The notes beneath the pieces were generated by a model, which saw only the letters and a program-made list of their open reading frames with translations, ran no database searches and was not told the DNA's origin. Below are positions 8,688 to 18,335 of a stretch of 64,000 nt of DNA, piece by piece; the stretch's first letter is position 1, and each line of letters begins with the position of its first letter. Source of the stretch: Bacteroidia bacterium (GTDB lineage: Bacteria; Bacteroidota; Ignavibacteria; UBA10030); assembly GCA_022180565.1 (NCBI GenBank), contig BQML01000002.1, positions 117,888 through 181,887 on the forward strand. The letters are read 5' to 3'. The position numbers and the translations under genes were made by a program.

Positions 8688-10409
8688 TTATTTCAAGCGT
8701 TGGAGGGCCTTGAGCTTTTCCTCGGCCCTTTTGCGGTATTCGATGGTTCCCTGATGGTTCGGGTCAATCAGAAGAACCTTGTCCCATTCGTCAATGGCTG
8801 CCTGATAGTTGTCTTTCGTGTAGTGTTGAAGGCCGGCCCTAAAGTAGGTTTCGATCTCGGATTTGAGCCCGTCCCGGGTCCTCTCGAGGTACTGGCTTGC
8901 TTCGCGGTGCCGGGGATTGCGTTCAAGCACCTGAAGGAATGTGGTCAAAGCCTCCATGTTTTTCCCCTCCGCAAGCTGGTTTTTGCCCTGCTCGAACAGC
9001 AGTTCCGTGCGTTGGGATCGGACGGTGGCAAGGCCTTGGCGGGCCTGGCTGTTTTGCCGGTCGATGGCCAGTACAGCCTCGAATTCGCGCTCTGCCTCGT
9101 CAAGCTGGTTCCGGTTAAGGGAAGCCCGGCCCCGGCTCAACATTGTGCTGATATTCTCCCGGGCCATCTCACGCAACCCCGCAAGGCGGGCCATGAGGGA
9201 ATCGTTGCCGGGATCGAGGTCAAGCGCCTGCTGATATCGTTTTCGGGCCTGTTCGATTTCCCTGCGCGCACGGAGACTGTCCCCCGTCTGAATCATCTCG
9301 ATAAAGTAGGAGGCCAGCAGGGTCTGGATTTCCCTCATCCTCTCCCGCGCATACTCGTGATCAGGATCCATGACCAGCACGAGCGCGTACGTCCGGCTTG
9401 CATCGACGTAGCGCTTTGCCTCAAAGAGGCCGTCGGCCTTCCGCAGAAGCTCCGTGCGTTCTTCGGCAAGCGTCATGGCCACCGAATCGGCCGCTGTCTT
9501 TGCGGGGGTGAACGCCGGATCGTAGAGGTGCGCGAGGCGGAAGTACCGTTCGGAATCCCGATAGCGATTCTCGTCAAGCGCCAGCAGACCGAGCTTGTAG
9601 TTGCGGTCCCTCGTCGCGGCGGCGGGCTCTGAGAGCGCGGTATTGACAGAAAGGAACCCTCCCGTTTTTCCGAACGAGACATCGATGGAGACATACGGCA
9701 GTTGAATGCTGACTCCGCCCATGGCTTCTTTGAAGGAACGGGTTCCTGTTGTGAGGCTGAGCATGTCGAGGGGCTGGACCGAGAGGCCCACGAAGCCCTT
9801 GTCGGAGACGCCGGTGTGCTGAAATGCTCCCTGGATACGGAACACGCCGGGGACGACCCAGTAGGCCGCACCCGCATTGACGGAAAACAATGGCGAGTCG
9901 GTTGCGTCGGACAAGTTGCTGACGCTGAAGCCCGCATGCAGTCCGTCGGTGACGGTTGCGCCGATGGCGTGCCACGTTCCGCCAAAGGAAATCCCGAACG
10001 ACTCTTCGGTATTCTTGAATCCGCTGAATCCCATTCCACCTGCAAAACGCCCCCACGAGCCGCCATAACCGACGCTGTACTGATGAGCGGAGCCGAATCG
10101 GGAAACACCGGCGGCAAACGTGCCGGCGGACGGTACAAAGTAGGCGCCTGCAAACGAGCTGAGAGTGGAAAGGCGGTACGTGTTGAGTGTGAAAACACCT
10201 TCACGGATACGGCCCAGCTCAGCGGGATTCAGAAACAGCGCACCGGGACGCGGAAGCCACATGACCGAAGATCCGGCCAGGCCAAAGTCGAACGCGCCTG
10301 TTTGCGCCCATGCGCCTGACGAAGTCAACAGAAGAAACCCCGCAAACCATGCAGAGCACGGCCGGAGAGATCGCAACGCCTTGATTGTCAACCGGGAAGG
10401 AACCTTCAT
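8688..10409 (-). CDS. Beta-barrel-like (PorP/SprF- or PorQ-like) N-domain fused to C-terminal TPR repeats
   Basis: The ATG at 10409 gives a signal peptide ending in GAWAQ. The next 270 aa or so are Gly/Ser/aromatic-rich with alternating pattern and an LNPAELG motif. The C-terminal 280 aa or so are repeated TPR-like 34-mers (A..Y...L..DP). The longer ORF-track start at 10562 would overlap the cyclase gene. Confidence 0.55.
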   Translation of the reverse strand: MKVPSRLTIKALRSLRPCSAWFAGFLLLTSSGAWAQTGAFDFGLAGSSVMWLPRPGALFLNPAELGRIREGVFTLNTYRLSTLSSFAGAYFVPSAGTFAAGVSRFGSAHQYSVGYGGSWGRFAGGMGFSGFKNTEESFGISFGGTWHAIGATVTDGLHAGFSVSNLSDATDSPLFSVNAGAAYWVVPGVFRIQGAFQHTGVSDKGFVGLSVQPLDMLSLTTGTRSFKEAMGGVSIQLPYVSIDVSFGKTGGFLSVNTALSEPAAATRDRNYKLGLLALDENRYRDSERYFRLAHLYDPAFTPAKTAADSVAMTLAEERTELLRKADGLFEAKRYVDASRTYALVLVMDPDHEYARERMREIQTLLASYFIEMIQTGDSLRARREIEQARKRYQQALDLDPGNDSLMARLAGLREMARENISTMLSRGRASLNRNQLDEAEREFEAVLAIDRQNSQARQGLATVRSQRTELLFEQGKNQLAEGKNMEALTTFLQVLERNPRHREASQYLERTRDGLKSEIETYFRAGLQHYTKDNYQAAIDEWDKVLLIDPNHQGTIEYRKRAEEKLKALQRLK

Positions 10410-10414
10410 CACTC

Positions 10415-11971
10415 TTACTCGATCGGAATCTGGTACACGGCAACGCGTTCCTGCTTGCCCTTGATGGGAATCTTCCCCGCGGAGACTGTACGCACCTTCC
10501 CATCGAGTCTTGTGGCAACGGTTTCGGATACGAGGATTTCGCCCGGCCCGGCGACGCCGCAAAGTCGTGCGGCAAGGTTGACCGTGTCGCCGATGGCCGT
10601 GTAATCCATCCTGTCCGCCGACCCGATGCTTCCCATGACAGCCACGCCCGTGGCAAGGCCGATCCCGATTTCGAGTGCAATTTCGTTGTTCTTTTTGCGC
10701 TGTTTGTTCATGAGGGCCACCTCGCGTTGGATGCTCGTTGCCGCGGTGACGGCGTTGGAGACCATGTCGTTTCCCGTGAAGAAACTCATAATACCATCGC
10801 CGATGAACTTGTCCACCACGCCTCCGTTTTCATGAATGATCTTGGTCTGCACGTTGAGGTAGTGGTTCAGAACCACAACCACTTCTTCCGGCCACTTGCT
10901 TTCCGCCACCGATGTGAAGTTGCGGATGTCCGTGAACATCGCGGTAATGACCCGGCGGGCCCCGCCCAGCGTCGCCTCCTTGTGTTCTGAGATCATCTGG
11001 ACGGCCGCGCGAGAGACGAACTTCTGCATCTCGGTTTTTTCCCTGATTTGGACGACCATCATGTTGAACTCTTTCGCCAGCTGTCCAAGCTCATCTTTGA
11101 CCCGCGTGACAACGGCCACCTTGAGATCGCCTTCTCCGACTTTGCGCGCCGCTTCGGCAAGAACCACAATCACACCAACGATTTTGGTGGAGAAGAGGTA
11201 CACAATCGACAGGGCGAGGAGAGAGACAACAACGCCGGTCGTGAGGATGCGCTCTCTCATCTCCGCGATCCGGGCGAACATCACCTCCTTGGTGAACATA
11301 GCTGAAGTCCCCCCGAGCAGATACTTGACCCCCTGACGATAGATGAAGACCGATTTCACGAACCGAAGGTGGTTTTCCGTTTCCACCACTGTTGCGGAGT
11401 CGGAGGAGGTGATTAGATCGAAGTCTGCCAAGGAGACCGGCTTGTTAATGCTGTCGGCATTGGAATGGGCAATGGCGAGGCCGTCGCGGTTGATGACGTA
11501 GAAGGACTCAAGACCGGGAAAAGCGCCGAAGGAAAGATTGTTGATGTAGTCCTGGATTGGAGGGTGGGTTTCCAGAAGCAGGTTGTCTTTGGCGACGTTC
11601 GTGAGCCCGTCAACGAGATTGGTCCCAAGCACCATGGTCATTGCCCTCAGTTCCTGTTCCTGTCTGTTGACGGCCACAGTGGTGATGATGAATGTGACCA
11701 CCACAACGGAAATCCCCACGATGAGAACAAGCTTCCATCGGATCTTCAGGCCAAGGGTGAACTCTACCGCCATGTTCCAGATCTGCCGGGCGGATTCCGC
11801 CAGCCGGCTGAACGTCCTGCGTGTCCTCAGCCAAATGGTGGAGGCCGAGAGGCGTTTCACCTGTTTCAGCGCTTCAACCATTCTTCCGAAACCTGCCTGC
11901 GCCTTGAATTTTTCCGCCTGTTTCTGCACAGCGGAAAGGAAGCGGTTCCATATGGCTGCCGGAGGCCGCAC
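10415..11971 (-). CDS. Membrane-bound class III adenylate/guanylate cyclase with periplasmic Cache-like sensor and HAMP domain
   Basis: TM helix, then about 150 aa extracytoplasmic domain, second TM, HAMP (AEAARKVGEGDLKV...). The cyclase core reads VITAMFTDIRNFTSVAE...GDGIMSFF...IGIGLATGVAVMGSIG...YTAIGDTVNLAARL. GTG start. Confidence 0.85.
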   Translation of the reverse strand: MRPPAAIWNRFLSAVQKQAEKFKAQAGFGRMVEALKQVKRLSASTIWLRTRRTFSRLAESARQIWNMAVEFTLGLKIRWKLVLIVGISVVVVTFIITTVAVNRQEQELRAMTMVLGTNLVDGLTNVAKDNLLLETHPPIQDYINNLSFGAFPGLESFYVINRDGLAIAHSNADSINKPVSLADFDLITSSDSATVVETENHLRFVKSVFIYRQGVKYLLGGTSAMFTKEVMFARIAEMRERILTTGVVVSLLALSIVYLFSTKIVGVIVVLAEAARKVGEGDLKVAVVTRVKDELGQLAKEFNMMVVQIREKTEMQKFVSRAAVQMISEHKEATLGGARRVITAMFTDIRNFTSVAESKWPEEVVVVLNHYLNVQTKIIHENGGVVDKFIGDGIMSFFTGNDMVSNAVTAATSIQREVALMNKQRKKNNEIALEIGIGLATGVAVMGSIGSADRMDYTAIGDTVNLAARLCGVAGPGEILVSETVATRLDGKVRTVSAGKIPIKGKQERVAVYQIPIE

Positions 11972-11976
11972 CGTGT

Positions 11977-13179
11977 TTACCTGCAGGTCTCGCTCACGAC
12001 TGTGCCATTGATGATTACTGCACAGGTGTGCGTCGTGTACTCGAAAGGATCGCCATCGAACAAGACGACATCGGCATCTTTGCCGCTCACGAGTGAGCCG
12101 ACGCGTGCTTCCACACCGAGGATCCGTGCGGCGTCTATCGTGATGGACTTCAGGGCGTCCTCAAAGGAAAGTCCGTTGGCTGCTGCCACGGCGGCTTCGA
12201 ACAACACCACGCGCACCTTGGGAACGTATCCCTCGTGCCCGCTCTGGATAGCAAAGCGAATCCCCGCATCACGAAGTTTTGCGGCAGTGGTAAAGGAGGC
12301 ATTCTTCGTTTCATCGCCCGTTCTTACCATCGTCGGGTGGAGAATGACCGGTACACCTGCGGCCTTGATTTCATCGAGAACCAGATAGGCCTCCGCGGCG
12401 CCGTCGAGCACCATGCGAAGCCCAAACTCTTTCTGCAGACGGAGGGCGCTTATGATCTCGGTTGCGGTCTGTGCGGTGATCAGGGCCGTGATCTGGCCGC
12501 GGAGGAGCCCCGCTACCATATCCAGTGCGAGATCGCGCGCAGGACGTTTGTCGGGATCCTTGGCCTCCATCTTCTTCATGTATTCCTGCGCCTTCAGGAA
12601 TTCCTGACGGAGCATCGCCATCCCCTTGGCTCGCGTCCCGGGCGACTTGAAGTTACGCGAAACGCTCGAGCCCAGGGTGAAGGCCACCATTGCTTCGGGT
12701 TTGATCAGCGCTTCTGTCACGGTCTCACCCGCGGTCTTGGCAATCATGGTCGTGCCGCTCATCAATGCGCCCGGACCATGGCCGGTATTGATCGTTGTCA
12801 CCCCCAGAGTGCGCACCCAAGCGACGAGTTCTTCCCGAGGATTATAGGCGTCGATGGCGCGGAGGTGCGGCTGAATGGGATCGGATTTCTCCAGCTGCAT
12901 TTGGTCGTGCGGAACATTATAGATGCCGGAGAGTCCTACCGTGGTATGCGCATCGACGAGTCCCGGTGTTACGATTCGAGCCGTCATGACCCTGTAGCCG
13001 GGCGGAATCGCCACCTCGGACTCCGGCCCGACGCGTTCGATCACCGTCCCTCTTATGAGAACAACGCCGTTCCGAATCGGCGGGCCGGCCAGAGGATACA
13101 CCGTCTCGCCCTTGACGGCAATCTGAGCGGAGGAGATCGTCGGGTAGAGGAGAGCGAGAAATATCAGGAAGGTTTTCAT
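11977..13179 (-). CDS. Secreted amidohydrolase-superfamily protein (paralogue 2)
   Basis: The ATG at 13179 gives signal MKTFLIFLALLYPTISSAQ. Motifs GLVDAHT, GHEGY and GKDADVV are typical of metal-dependent amidohydrolases. The ATGA overlap with the upstream paralogue is at 13176-13179. Confidence 0.8.
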   Translation of the reverse strand: MKTFLIFLALLYPTISSAQIAVKGETVYPLAGPPIRNGVVLIRGTVIERVGPESEVAIPPGYRVMTARIVTPGLVDAHTTVGLSGIYNVPHDQMQLEKSDPIQPHLRAIDAYNPREELVAWVRTLGVTTINTGHGPGALMSGTTMIAKTAGETVTEALIKPEAMVAFTLGSSVSRNFKSPGTRAKGMAMLRQEFLKAQEYMKKMEAKDPDKRPARDLALDMVAGLLRGQITALITAQTATEIISALRLQKEFGLRMVLDGAAEAYLVLDEIKAAGVPVILHPTMVRTGDETKNASFTTAAKLRDAGIRFAIQSGHEGYVPKVRVVLFEAAVAAANGLSFEDALKSITIDAARILGVEARVGSLVSGKDADVVLFDGDPFEYTTHTCAVIINGTVVSETCR

Positions 13180-14477
13180 TCGGCACCTCCTTCGCACGCG
13201 TCGCTCGTCGTGGCTGTGCGGTAGACATCATACCCGCCCACAGCGTATTTCAAATCGTCGGGGTTCGACCGGTCGAACACCTTCCTTCCCTCCACCCAGG
13301 TCTGCTCCACGACCGTGTACGTGCTGAACGGATCGCCGGAAAGGACAATCACATCGGCGTCCTTGCCGGGTTTGAGTGAACCGATCCTGTGATCCAGGTC
13401 GAGCATGCGTGCCCCGGCAATCGTGAGGGCCTCAAGCGCTTTGGCGCGAGACATTCCCGCCCTTACACCGAAAGCCGCTGAACGGATGAACAAGCGCGAG
13501 TCGGTGATGCCGTCGTCGGTATGATAAGCGACGGGAACGCCGGCCTTTTCCAGGACCGCTCCCGTTTCATAACGGATGTCAACGGCTTCGAGCTTTCCAC
13601 CCGGGGAATCAAGGACAATGATCGAGCATGATGCCCCGGCCTTCGCGATCTCGTCTGCCACCTTCCAGGCCTCGCTGACGTGATGCAGAACGACTCGGAA
13701 CCCAAACTCCTTCGCCAGGCGAAGAACGGTCAAAATGTCATCATGGCGGTGAGTGTGGTGATGAACCACGCGCTTTCCTTCCAGGACCTGCACGAGGGCC
13801 TCCATTCCGAGGTCACGTTTGGGCATTTTCTCCGGATTTCCCTTTGCCGCTTTCATTTTCTCCCGGTATTCCTGGGCCTTCACAAAGAGCTCCCGGACCA
13901 TGGCGGCAGACTTTGCACGCGTTCCGGGGAAGGGTTTTTCGCGAATGGAGTTCGTCCCGTTCGCCATCTTCATGCCTCCACAGATCCCGTTGATGGGATC
14001 GTTGCAGAACAACATGTCGTTGATCGTACTGGCGGGACGAAGCTTGAGATAAGCAGTCTGTCCACTCATTAAATGCCCCGAACCCGGCATGACATTCACG
14101 GTCGTAATGCCTCCGGCAAGCGCTTTCTTGAAATTATCGGCGCGGACATCGATAGCATCCAGGATCCTCACGTCCGGATTGAGAGCGGATGAAGCATCGC
14201 CTCCATCACCTCTGCCGATATGCGAGTGCGTGTCCACGAGTCCCGGCATGAGCACTTTTCCGGTGAGGTCGTGAACAACCGCGTTTGCGGGAATGACGAA
14301 CGATCCCGTCTTTCCGACAGCTTTGATGAGCCCCTTCTCCATGAGGAGGGCTCCGTTTTCGATCGGAGGACTTTCGATCGGATAAATGGTTGCGCCCCGG
14401 AAGACCGTCGGTGTATCCTGAGCAGCTGCCGCCGTAACAAGAGAGGTCGCAAGGAGGAAAAAGAGGACGTTGCGCAT
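13176..14477 (-). CDS. Secreted amidohydrolase-superfamily protein (paralogue 1)
   Basis: The ATG at 14477 gives signal MRNVLFFLLATSLVTAAAAQ. Motifs PGLVDTHSHIG, VHHHTHR, AYHTDD and GKDADVIVL. The ORF-track TTG start is at 14504. Confidence 0.8.
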   Translation of the reverse strand: MRNVLFFLLATSLVTAAAAQDTPTVFRGATIYPIESPPIENGALLMEKGLIKAVGKTGSFVIPANAVVHDLTGKVLMPGLVDTHSHIGRGDGGDASSALNPDVRILDAIDVRADNFKKALAGGITTVNVMPGSGHLMSGQTAYLKLRPASTINDMLFCNDPINGICGGMKMANGTNSIREKPFPGTRAKSAAMVRELFVKAQEYREKMKAAKGNPEKMPKRDLGMEALVQVLEGKRVVHHHTHRHDDILTVLRLAKEFGFRVVLHHVSEAWKVADEIAKAGASCSIIVLDSPGGKLEAVDIRYETGAVLEKAGVPVAYHTDDGITDSRLFIRSAAFGVRAGMSRAKALEALTIAGARMLDLDHRIGSLKPGKDADVIVLSGDPFSTYTVVEQTWVEGRKVFDRSNPDDLKYAVGGYDVYRTATTSDACEGGAE

Positions 14478-14563
14478 GAGGAATGGGAGATTGTTGATTC
14501 TCAATCTTAATTTAAAGTATCACTGACTCGCAAAACCCTGAATCATAAATGTTATCCCGCCTC

Positions 14564-16096
14564 TTACAGAACAAACATTTCCCTGTTCACCATCACCGAG
14601 TCGATACGATCTCTTCTCACCCAGAGATCGACCGATCCGTACCGTCCCTGGGGAAAGGCAATCACAAAGATATAGCTTTCTTTCAGGAAATCCATGAGAG
14701 AAGATGAGCGCGTATAGCTCCAGTCAGCAGGCGCCTCAATGGCTGCGATGACGTCGGGTCTGCGGCGGAATACCGGGTCGTCTCCGATCTCCCCCGGCCG
14801 TCCCCGGCGAATGTACTCCGCCTCCTCGGCATCCGTCAACCCGAACCAATCCCACACGATATGCCGACGTGCACCGTAGCTGATCCCGCCCAGTCGGCCT
14901 GTGGCGATACTCGCCGTAGGCGCGATCTCGCGGGAGATCCACTCCCCAACAGCCAGCTGATCGGTTCCCCGCATGAGCATGGCCATGCCCTCGTTGGCGA
15001 GGTACTTCCCCACAGATGATTGCCAGGCAAGGAAGGCACACAGGATGATCCCCGTTGCCGGCGCGAACGCGAGCACGGGCCGGAAGCGGATGTTCATGAT
15101 CTGGCTGAGTTCACGGACAACTGACGCAAGCCAGAGGGCAAGAGGAACGGAAAGAATGGGCCAGATCGGGACAATAAATCTTCCGAACAACATCCAGTCA
15201 CCCTGGGCGTAGGCAATGAAGATGAGGTTGCCACCGACGATGGCAAGCGATGTCCGTTCGATGGAGCGGAGAGGGTACTCGCGAGGGGGAAGCACAAGCC
15301 AGAGGAGCAGGAGGATCGGGCCGCCCGCAGCAACGAGCCAGGGCGTGATGTAATCGGGGAAATTGATGAACTCTGCGAAGACTCCCGGTACTTTAGCGAT
15401 GGCCGTGTTCGGGAGCCAGGCGCCGAAGTACGACAGGCGAACAACCTGCCACGCGAGCATGGGGAGGAGGAGCACGACGAGTCTGATCCGTTCTCGTTTG
15501 AGCAGATCGTGCAACGGCCCGGGTTGCATTGTGGCCAGGAACCAAAGCCCGGCATAGGCCGGACCCTCGGGACGCGTGATGCCCGCGAGTCCCATGAGAC
15601 ACGCCGCAGTGAGCCGGGAACGCGGAGAGGAGGCCTGTGAAAGGATCAGACCGGCCATCAGCAGGAGAGAGAGGAGAGGGCCTTCGAGACCGGCTGAGGC
15701 GTACACATGAAAGCCGGGGTTGAGGATGATCAGCAATAAGCAAAGATTTGCAGCAAGCAGACCCCCGGCTCTCCGGACAAAACGGAACGCAAAAAACAAA
15801 AGAGCAACGGTCGAAAGAATGCCGCACACGCGGGCAAGATCGGGAATGCCGACGGCAGTCGCGGCATGAAGCGCGGCCAGGAGGAGCGTCCAGAGAGGAT
15901 TGGAGAATCCCTCGACGCGCTCTCCCAGATTAAAAACGAGCCCGTTTCCGTGCGCAAGGTTCCACGCGTACCGAAATGAGATATACGCGTCGTCGGTCAC
16001 GTGCGGCCAAAGGTACACCTGCACCGCGAGCAGTGCGATGATCGAGGGAACAAGCCAGGAGAACGCCCTGTGCGCTGTAGGACCTACGGATGTCAA
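14564..16096 (-). CDS. GT-C fold integral membrane glycosyltransferase-like protein
   Basis: 510 aa, more than 10 TM helices. The first loop has the motif DDAYISFRYAWNLAHGNGLVFNLGERVEGFSNPLW, seen in ArnT/arabinofuranosyltransferase-like GT-C proteins. TTG start. Confidence 0.55.
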   Translation of the reverse strand: MTSVGPTAHRAFSWLVPSIIALLAVQVYLWPHVTDDAYISFRYAWNLAHGNGLVFNLGERVEGFSNPLWTLLLAALHAATAVGIPDLARVCGILSTVALLFFAFRFVRRAGGLLAANLCLLLIILNPGFHVYASAGLEGPLLSLLLMAGLILSQASSPRSRLTAACLMGLAGITRPEGPAYAGLWFLATMQPGPLHDLLKRERIRLVVLLLPMLAWQVVRLSYFGAWLPNTAIAKVPGVFAEFINFPDYITPWLVAAGGPILLLLWLVLPPREYPLRSIERTSLAIVGGNLIFIAYAQGDWMLFGRFIVPIWPILSVPLALWLASVVRELSQIMNIRFRPVLAFAPATGIILCAFLAWQSSVGKYLANEGMAMLMRGTDQLAVGEWISREIAPTASIATGRLGGISYGARRHIVWDWFGLTDAEEAEYIRRGRPGEIGDDPVFRRRPDVIAAIEAPADWSYTRSSSLMDFLKESYIFVIAFPQGRYGSVDLWVRRDRIDSVMVNREMFVL

Positions 16097-16099
16097 AGT

Positions 16100-17059
16100 T
16101 CAGGATCTTCTGCGCTGTTGCTGCTGATCTTCCTGCCTCGGTTGCCCGGGTTGGCCACCAGATTGTCCTTGTTGACCCTGGCCCCGGCCGCCTTGCTGAT
16201 GCCTCCGCGGCTGAGTGTATGGCCTCTGTGGACGTTCCTGATGCCGCTGGCCCTGTTGTTGGGGGCCCCCGGGTCTTCCCGGAAATTGCTGCGGACGCTG
16301 TTGTTGCTGTTGGCGGGACTGGGCTTCAAGAGTTTTCCAGGTGCGCGAGCTGAGCAACCCGTGGATTCCGAGTAAGGGACCGAGGAGGGCATAGGAAAAC
16401 CCGGAAAGAGCAGAGGCGGAATCCCCTCCGACGAGGACGATTGTCATGGAAATCAGGCCTACCAGAACACACAGGAGGTACTGTCTGAGATGCATCGTTG
16501 TGATGAAGAGCTCGAGCGGAGTAAGCCTCAGTTCCTCCCGCCTTTTTCGCGCATTCCAATAGAGCAGCACATAGGAAAGGAACACGGCGACAAATCCTAT
16601 GCCGTACACAATCATCATTGTTGAAGAATCTCCCGCGCCAAGGATCGGTACTTGGAGACCGTCGGGCAGAACCGTCGCATTCTCACCGCCCGACCAGAAA
16701 TGGATGACGTTGGTGAACACGAACTTGAGGGGATAGACGTAGAAGAGGACCACAAAGAGGAGGACGGCATTGATGGTTTTGGTGAATGCATCCTGAAGTC
16801 CGTATCGCCGGAAAAAGAGATAATGGATGTGCCAAATCCAGATCAGAATTGCAAAACTTGCCGCGAAGGCGAAGAAGCCCTTCATCGTTTGAAGGAGGGT
16901 CGCAAAGGTACGCGGGACTTCGAGAGAGACGATGAGGAGGGTCACGGAAAACGCGAAGACGGCATCGCTGAAACCCTCGATACGGGAAATATCGCCCCCG
17001 CGCCACCGGAATCCCATTGCATCCCTGTACTGCCGCTCACCGAAGAATCTTCGGGCCAT
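16100..17059 (-). CDS. TMEM175-family (DUF1211) potassium channel homologue with Q/G/P-rich C-terminal tail
   Basis: Signature RIEGFSDAVFAFSVTLLIV in TM1, about 6 TM helices. The last 75 aa or so are QQQQQRPQQFPGRPGGPQQQGQRHQ...QEDQQQQRRRS. Confidence 0.7.
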   Translation of the reverse strand: MARRFFGERQYRDAMGFRWRGGDISRIEGFSDAVFAFSVTLLIVSLEVPRTFATLLQTMKGFFAFAASFAILIWIWHIHYLFFRRYGLQDAFTKTINAVLLFVVLFYVYPLKFVFTNVIHFWSGGENATVLPDGLQVPILGAGDSSTMMIVYGIGFVAVFLSYVLLYWNARKRREELRLTPLELFITTMHLRQYLLCVLVGLISMTIVLVGGDSASALSGFSYALLGPLLGIHGLLSSRTWKTLEAQSRQQQQQRPQQFPGRPGGPQQQGQRHQERPQRPYTQPRRHQQGGRGQGQQGQSGGQPGQPRQEDQQQQRRRS

Positions 17060-17127
17060 AAGTTCTCCTGAGAGAAAGTTTCAATGTTTGATTCAAACTG
17101 CCGGTTGGAGTTCGGAAGCCGGCAATC

Positions 17128-18285
17128 TCATTCACCCGTGCCTACATGGATCACTTCTTCCCCGAACCTCTCTCTGAGCTTCCGAACGGCGTCAAGAACC
17201 TCGCCGCGGCGCGAAGCACCATCGAATAATTCGGGCTCCAGGGCGGGATCGGAGAAATGAGAGAGCTGAACGCCGAGAAGTCTGACAGGCAGTCGTCTCG
17301 TGTACCCCGCCCGGAAGAGCTGTCTGGCTGTCTGAAATAAAACAGGATCATCATCCGCCGGCGGAATGGTCATGGAACGCGTGATCGTGCGGAAATCAGA
17401 ATATCTGAGCTTCAACGTTACCGTTCGAGCTTTCCAGTGTTTTCGCCGGAGACGATCGCAGACGCTCTCCACCAGGGAGTGGAGCCGCTTTTCGAGCTCG
17501 GCCTTGTCCGCCGTATCGCGGGAAAAAGTCTCCTCCCTTCCGATGCTCTTTCTGACCTGTTCGGTGTGTACCGTTTCACTGCCCCCGCCACGGGCGACGC
17601 GATACAACCACACGCCGTGCTTCCCCAGGAGGCGAGTCAGATGCTCCATGGTCGTGTTTTGAAGATCGGACACCGTGACAAAACCCTTCTTGTTTAAGTA
17701 TGCCTCGGTCTTCTTCCCCACGCCCGGTATGACCCCAATGGGCAGGGGGGCGAGAAAGGCCATCTCGGTTCCCTGAGGAACCACATGAAGCCCTTCCGGC
17801 TTCACCTGGTCGGTAGCGATCTTCGCAATCGTTTTGCTCGATGCAATCGCGATCGTGCACGGGAGAGAAAACTCCCTCCGCACGGACTCCTGAATGGTTC
17901 GAATCAACCCTTGAAAGTCCTTCCGGTACAACATTTCCGTCCCCGTGAGATCCAGGTACATTTCGTCGATGGATGCCCGCTCAATCACGGGTGCGAACTG
18001 ATGCAAGTGCCTGAACAAAGCATCCGAGATCTCTGCGTAACGCCGGTAGTGCCCCGGAACGAGCAAGAGGTTCGGACAGAGTCTCAACGCTCTTCCCGCG
18101 GGCATCGCAGAGCGGACGCCGAACTTCCTGGCTTCATAAGAGGCCGACGCCACAACACCGCGGCCCGACGGAGTGCCGCCAACGGCCACGGGTTTCCCGA
18201 CCAGGGACGGGTTGTCGATGCGCTCGACGGAGACAAAGAAGCAATCCAGATCAAGATGAGCAATATGGCGGGTGCGCGACGTCAC
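17128..18285 (-). CDS. dinB: DNA polymerase IV (Y-family)
   Basis: HLDLDCFFVSVE, SIDEMYLDLT and the GIGKKT-like segment VIPGVGKKT. GTG start. Confidence 0.9.
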   Translation of the reverse strand: MTSRTRHIAHLDLDCFFVSVERIDNPSLVGKPVAVGGTPSGRGVVASASYEARKFGVRSAMPAGRALRLCPNLLLVPGHYRRYAEISDALFRHLHQFAPVIERASIDEMYLDLTGTEMLYRKDFQGLIRTIQESVRREFSLPCTIAIASSKTIAKIATDQVKPEGLHVVPQGTEMAFLAPLPIGVIPGVGKKTEAYLNKKGFVTVSDLQNTTMEHLTRLLGKHGVWLYRVARGGGSETVHTEQVRKSIGREETFSRDTADKAELEKRLHSLVESVCDRLRRKHWKARTVTLKLRYSDFRTITRSMTIPPADDDPVLFQTARQLFRAGYTRRLPVRLLGVQLSHFSDPALEPELFDGASRRGEVLDAVRKLRERFGEEVIHVGTGE

Positions 18286-18308
18286 CGCTTGATCCTGAAA
18301 ACGGAATT

Positions 18309-18335
18309 TGTAGATTAAGAATTGTTCAATCTACA
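18309..18335. promoter_or_regulatory. Inverted repeat TGTAGATT-N11-AATCTACA in the dinB / thioredoxin-like divergent intergenic region
   Basis: Perfect 8-bp arms at 18309-18316 and 18328-18335. It is the only obvious dyad in the 97-bp divergent region. Confidence 0.3.

Noticed and set aside
10415-11971. Class III cyclase as a possible Pycsar-type (cCMP/cUMP) antiphage cyclase
   Set aside because: It has a classic signalling architecture (two TM, Cache-like sensor, HAMP). No adjacent cNMP-binding effector with a TIR or pore-forming domain is present. The neighbours are envelope proteins, not defence genes.
18309-18335. Labelling the dinB and uvrB upstream repeats as LexA/SOS boxes
   Set aside because: Neither element matches any LexA consensus I know, and the two elements do not resemble each other. 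They are kept as unexplained repeats rather than called SOS boxes.
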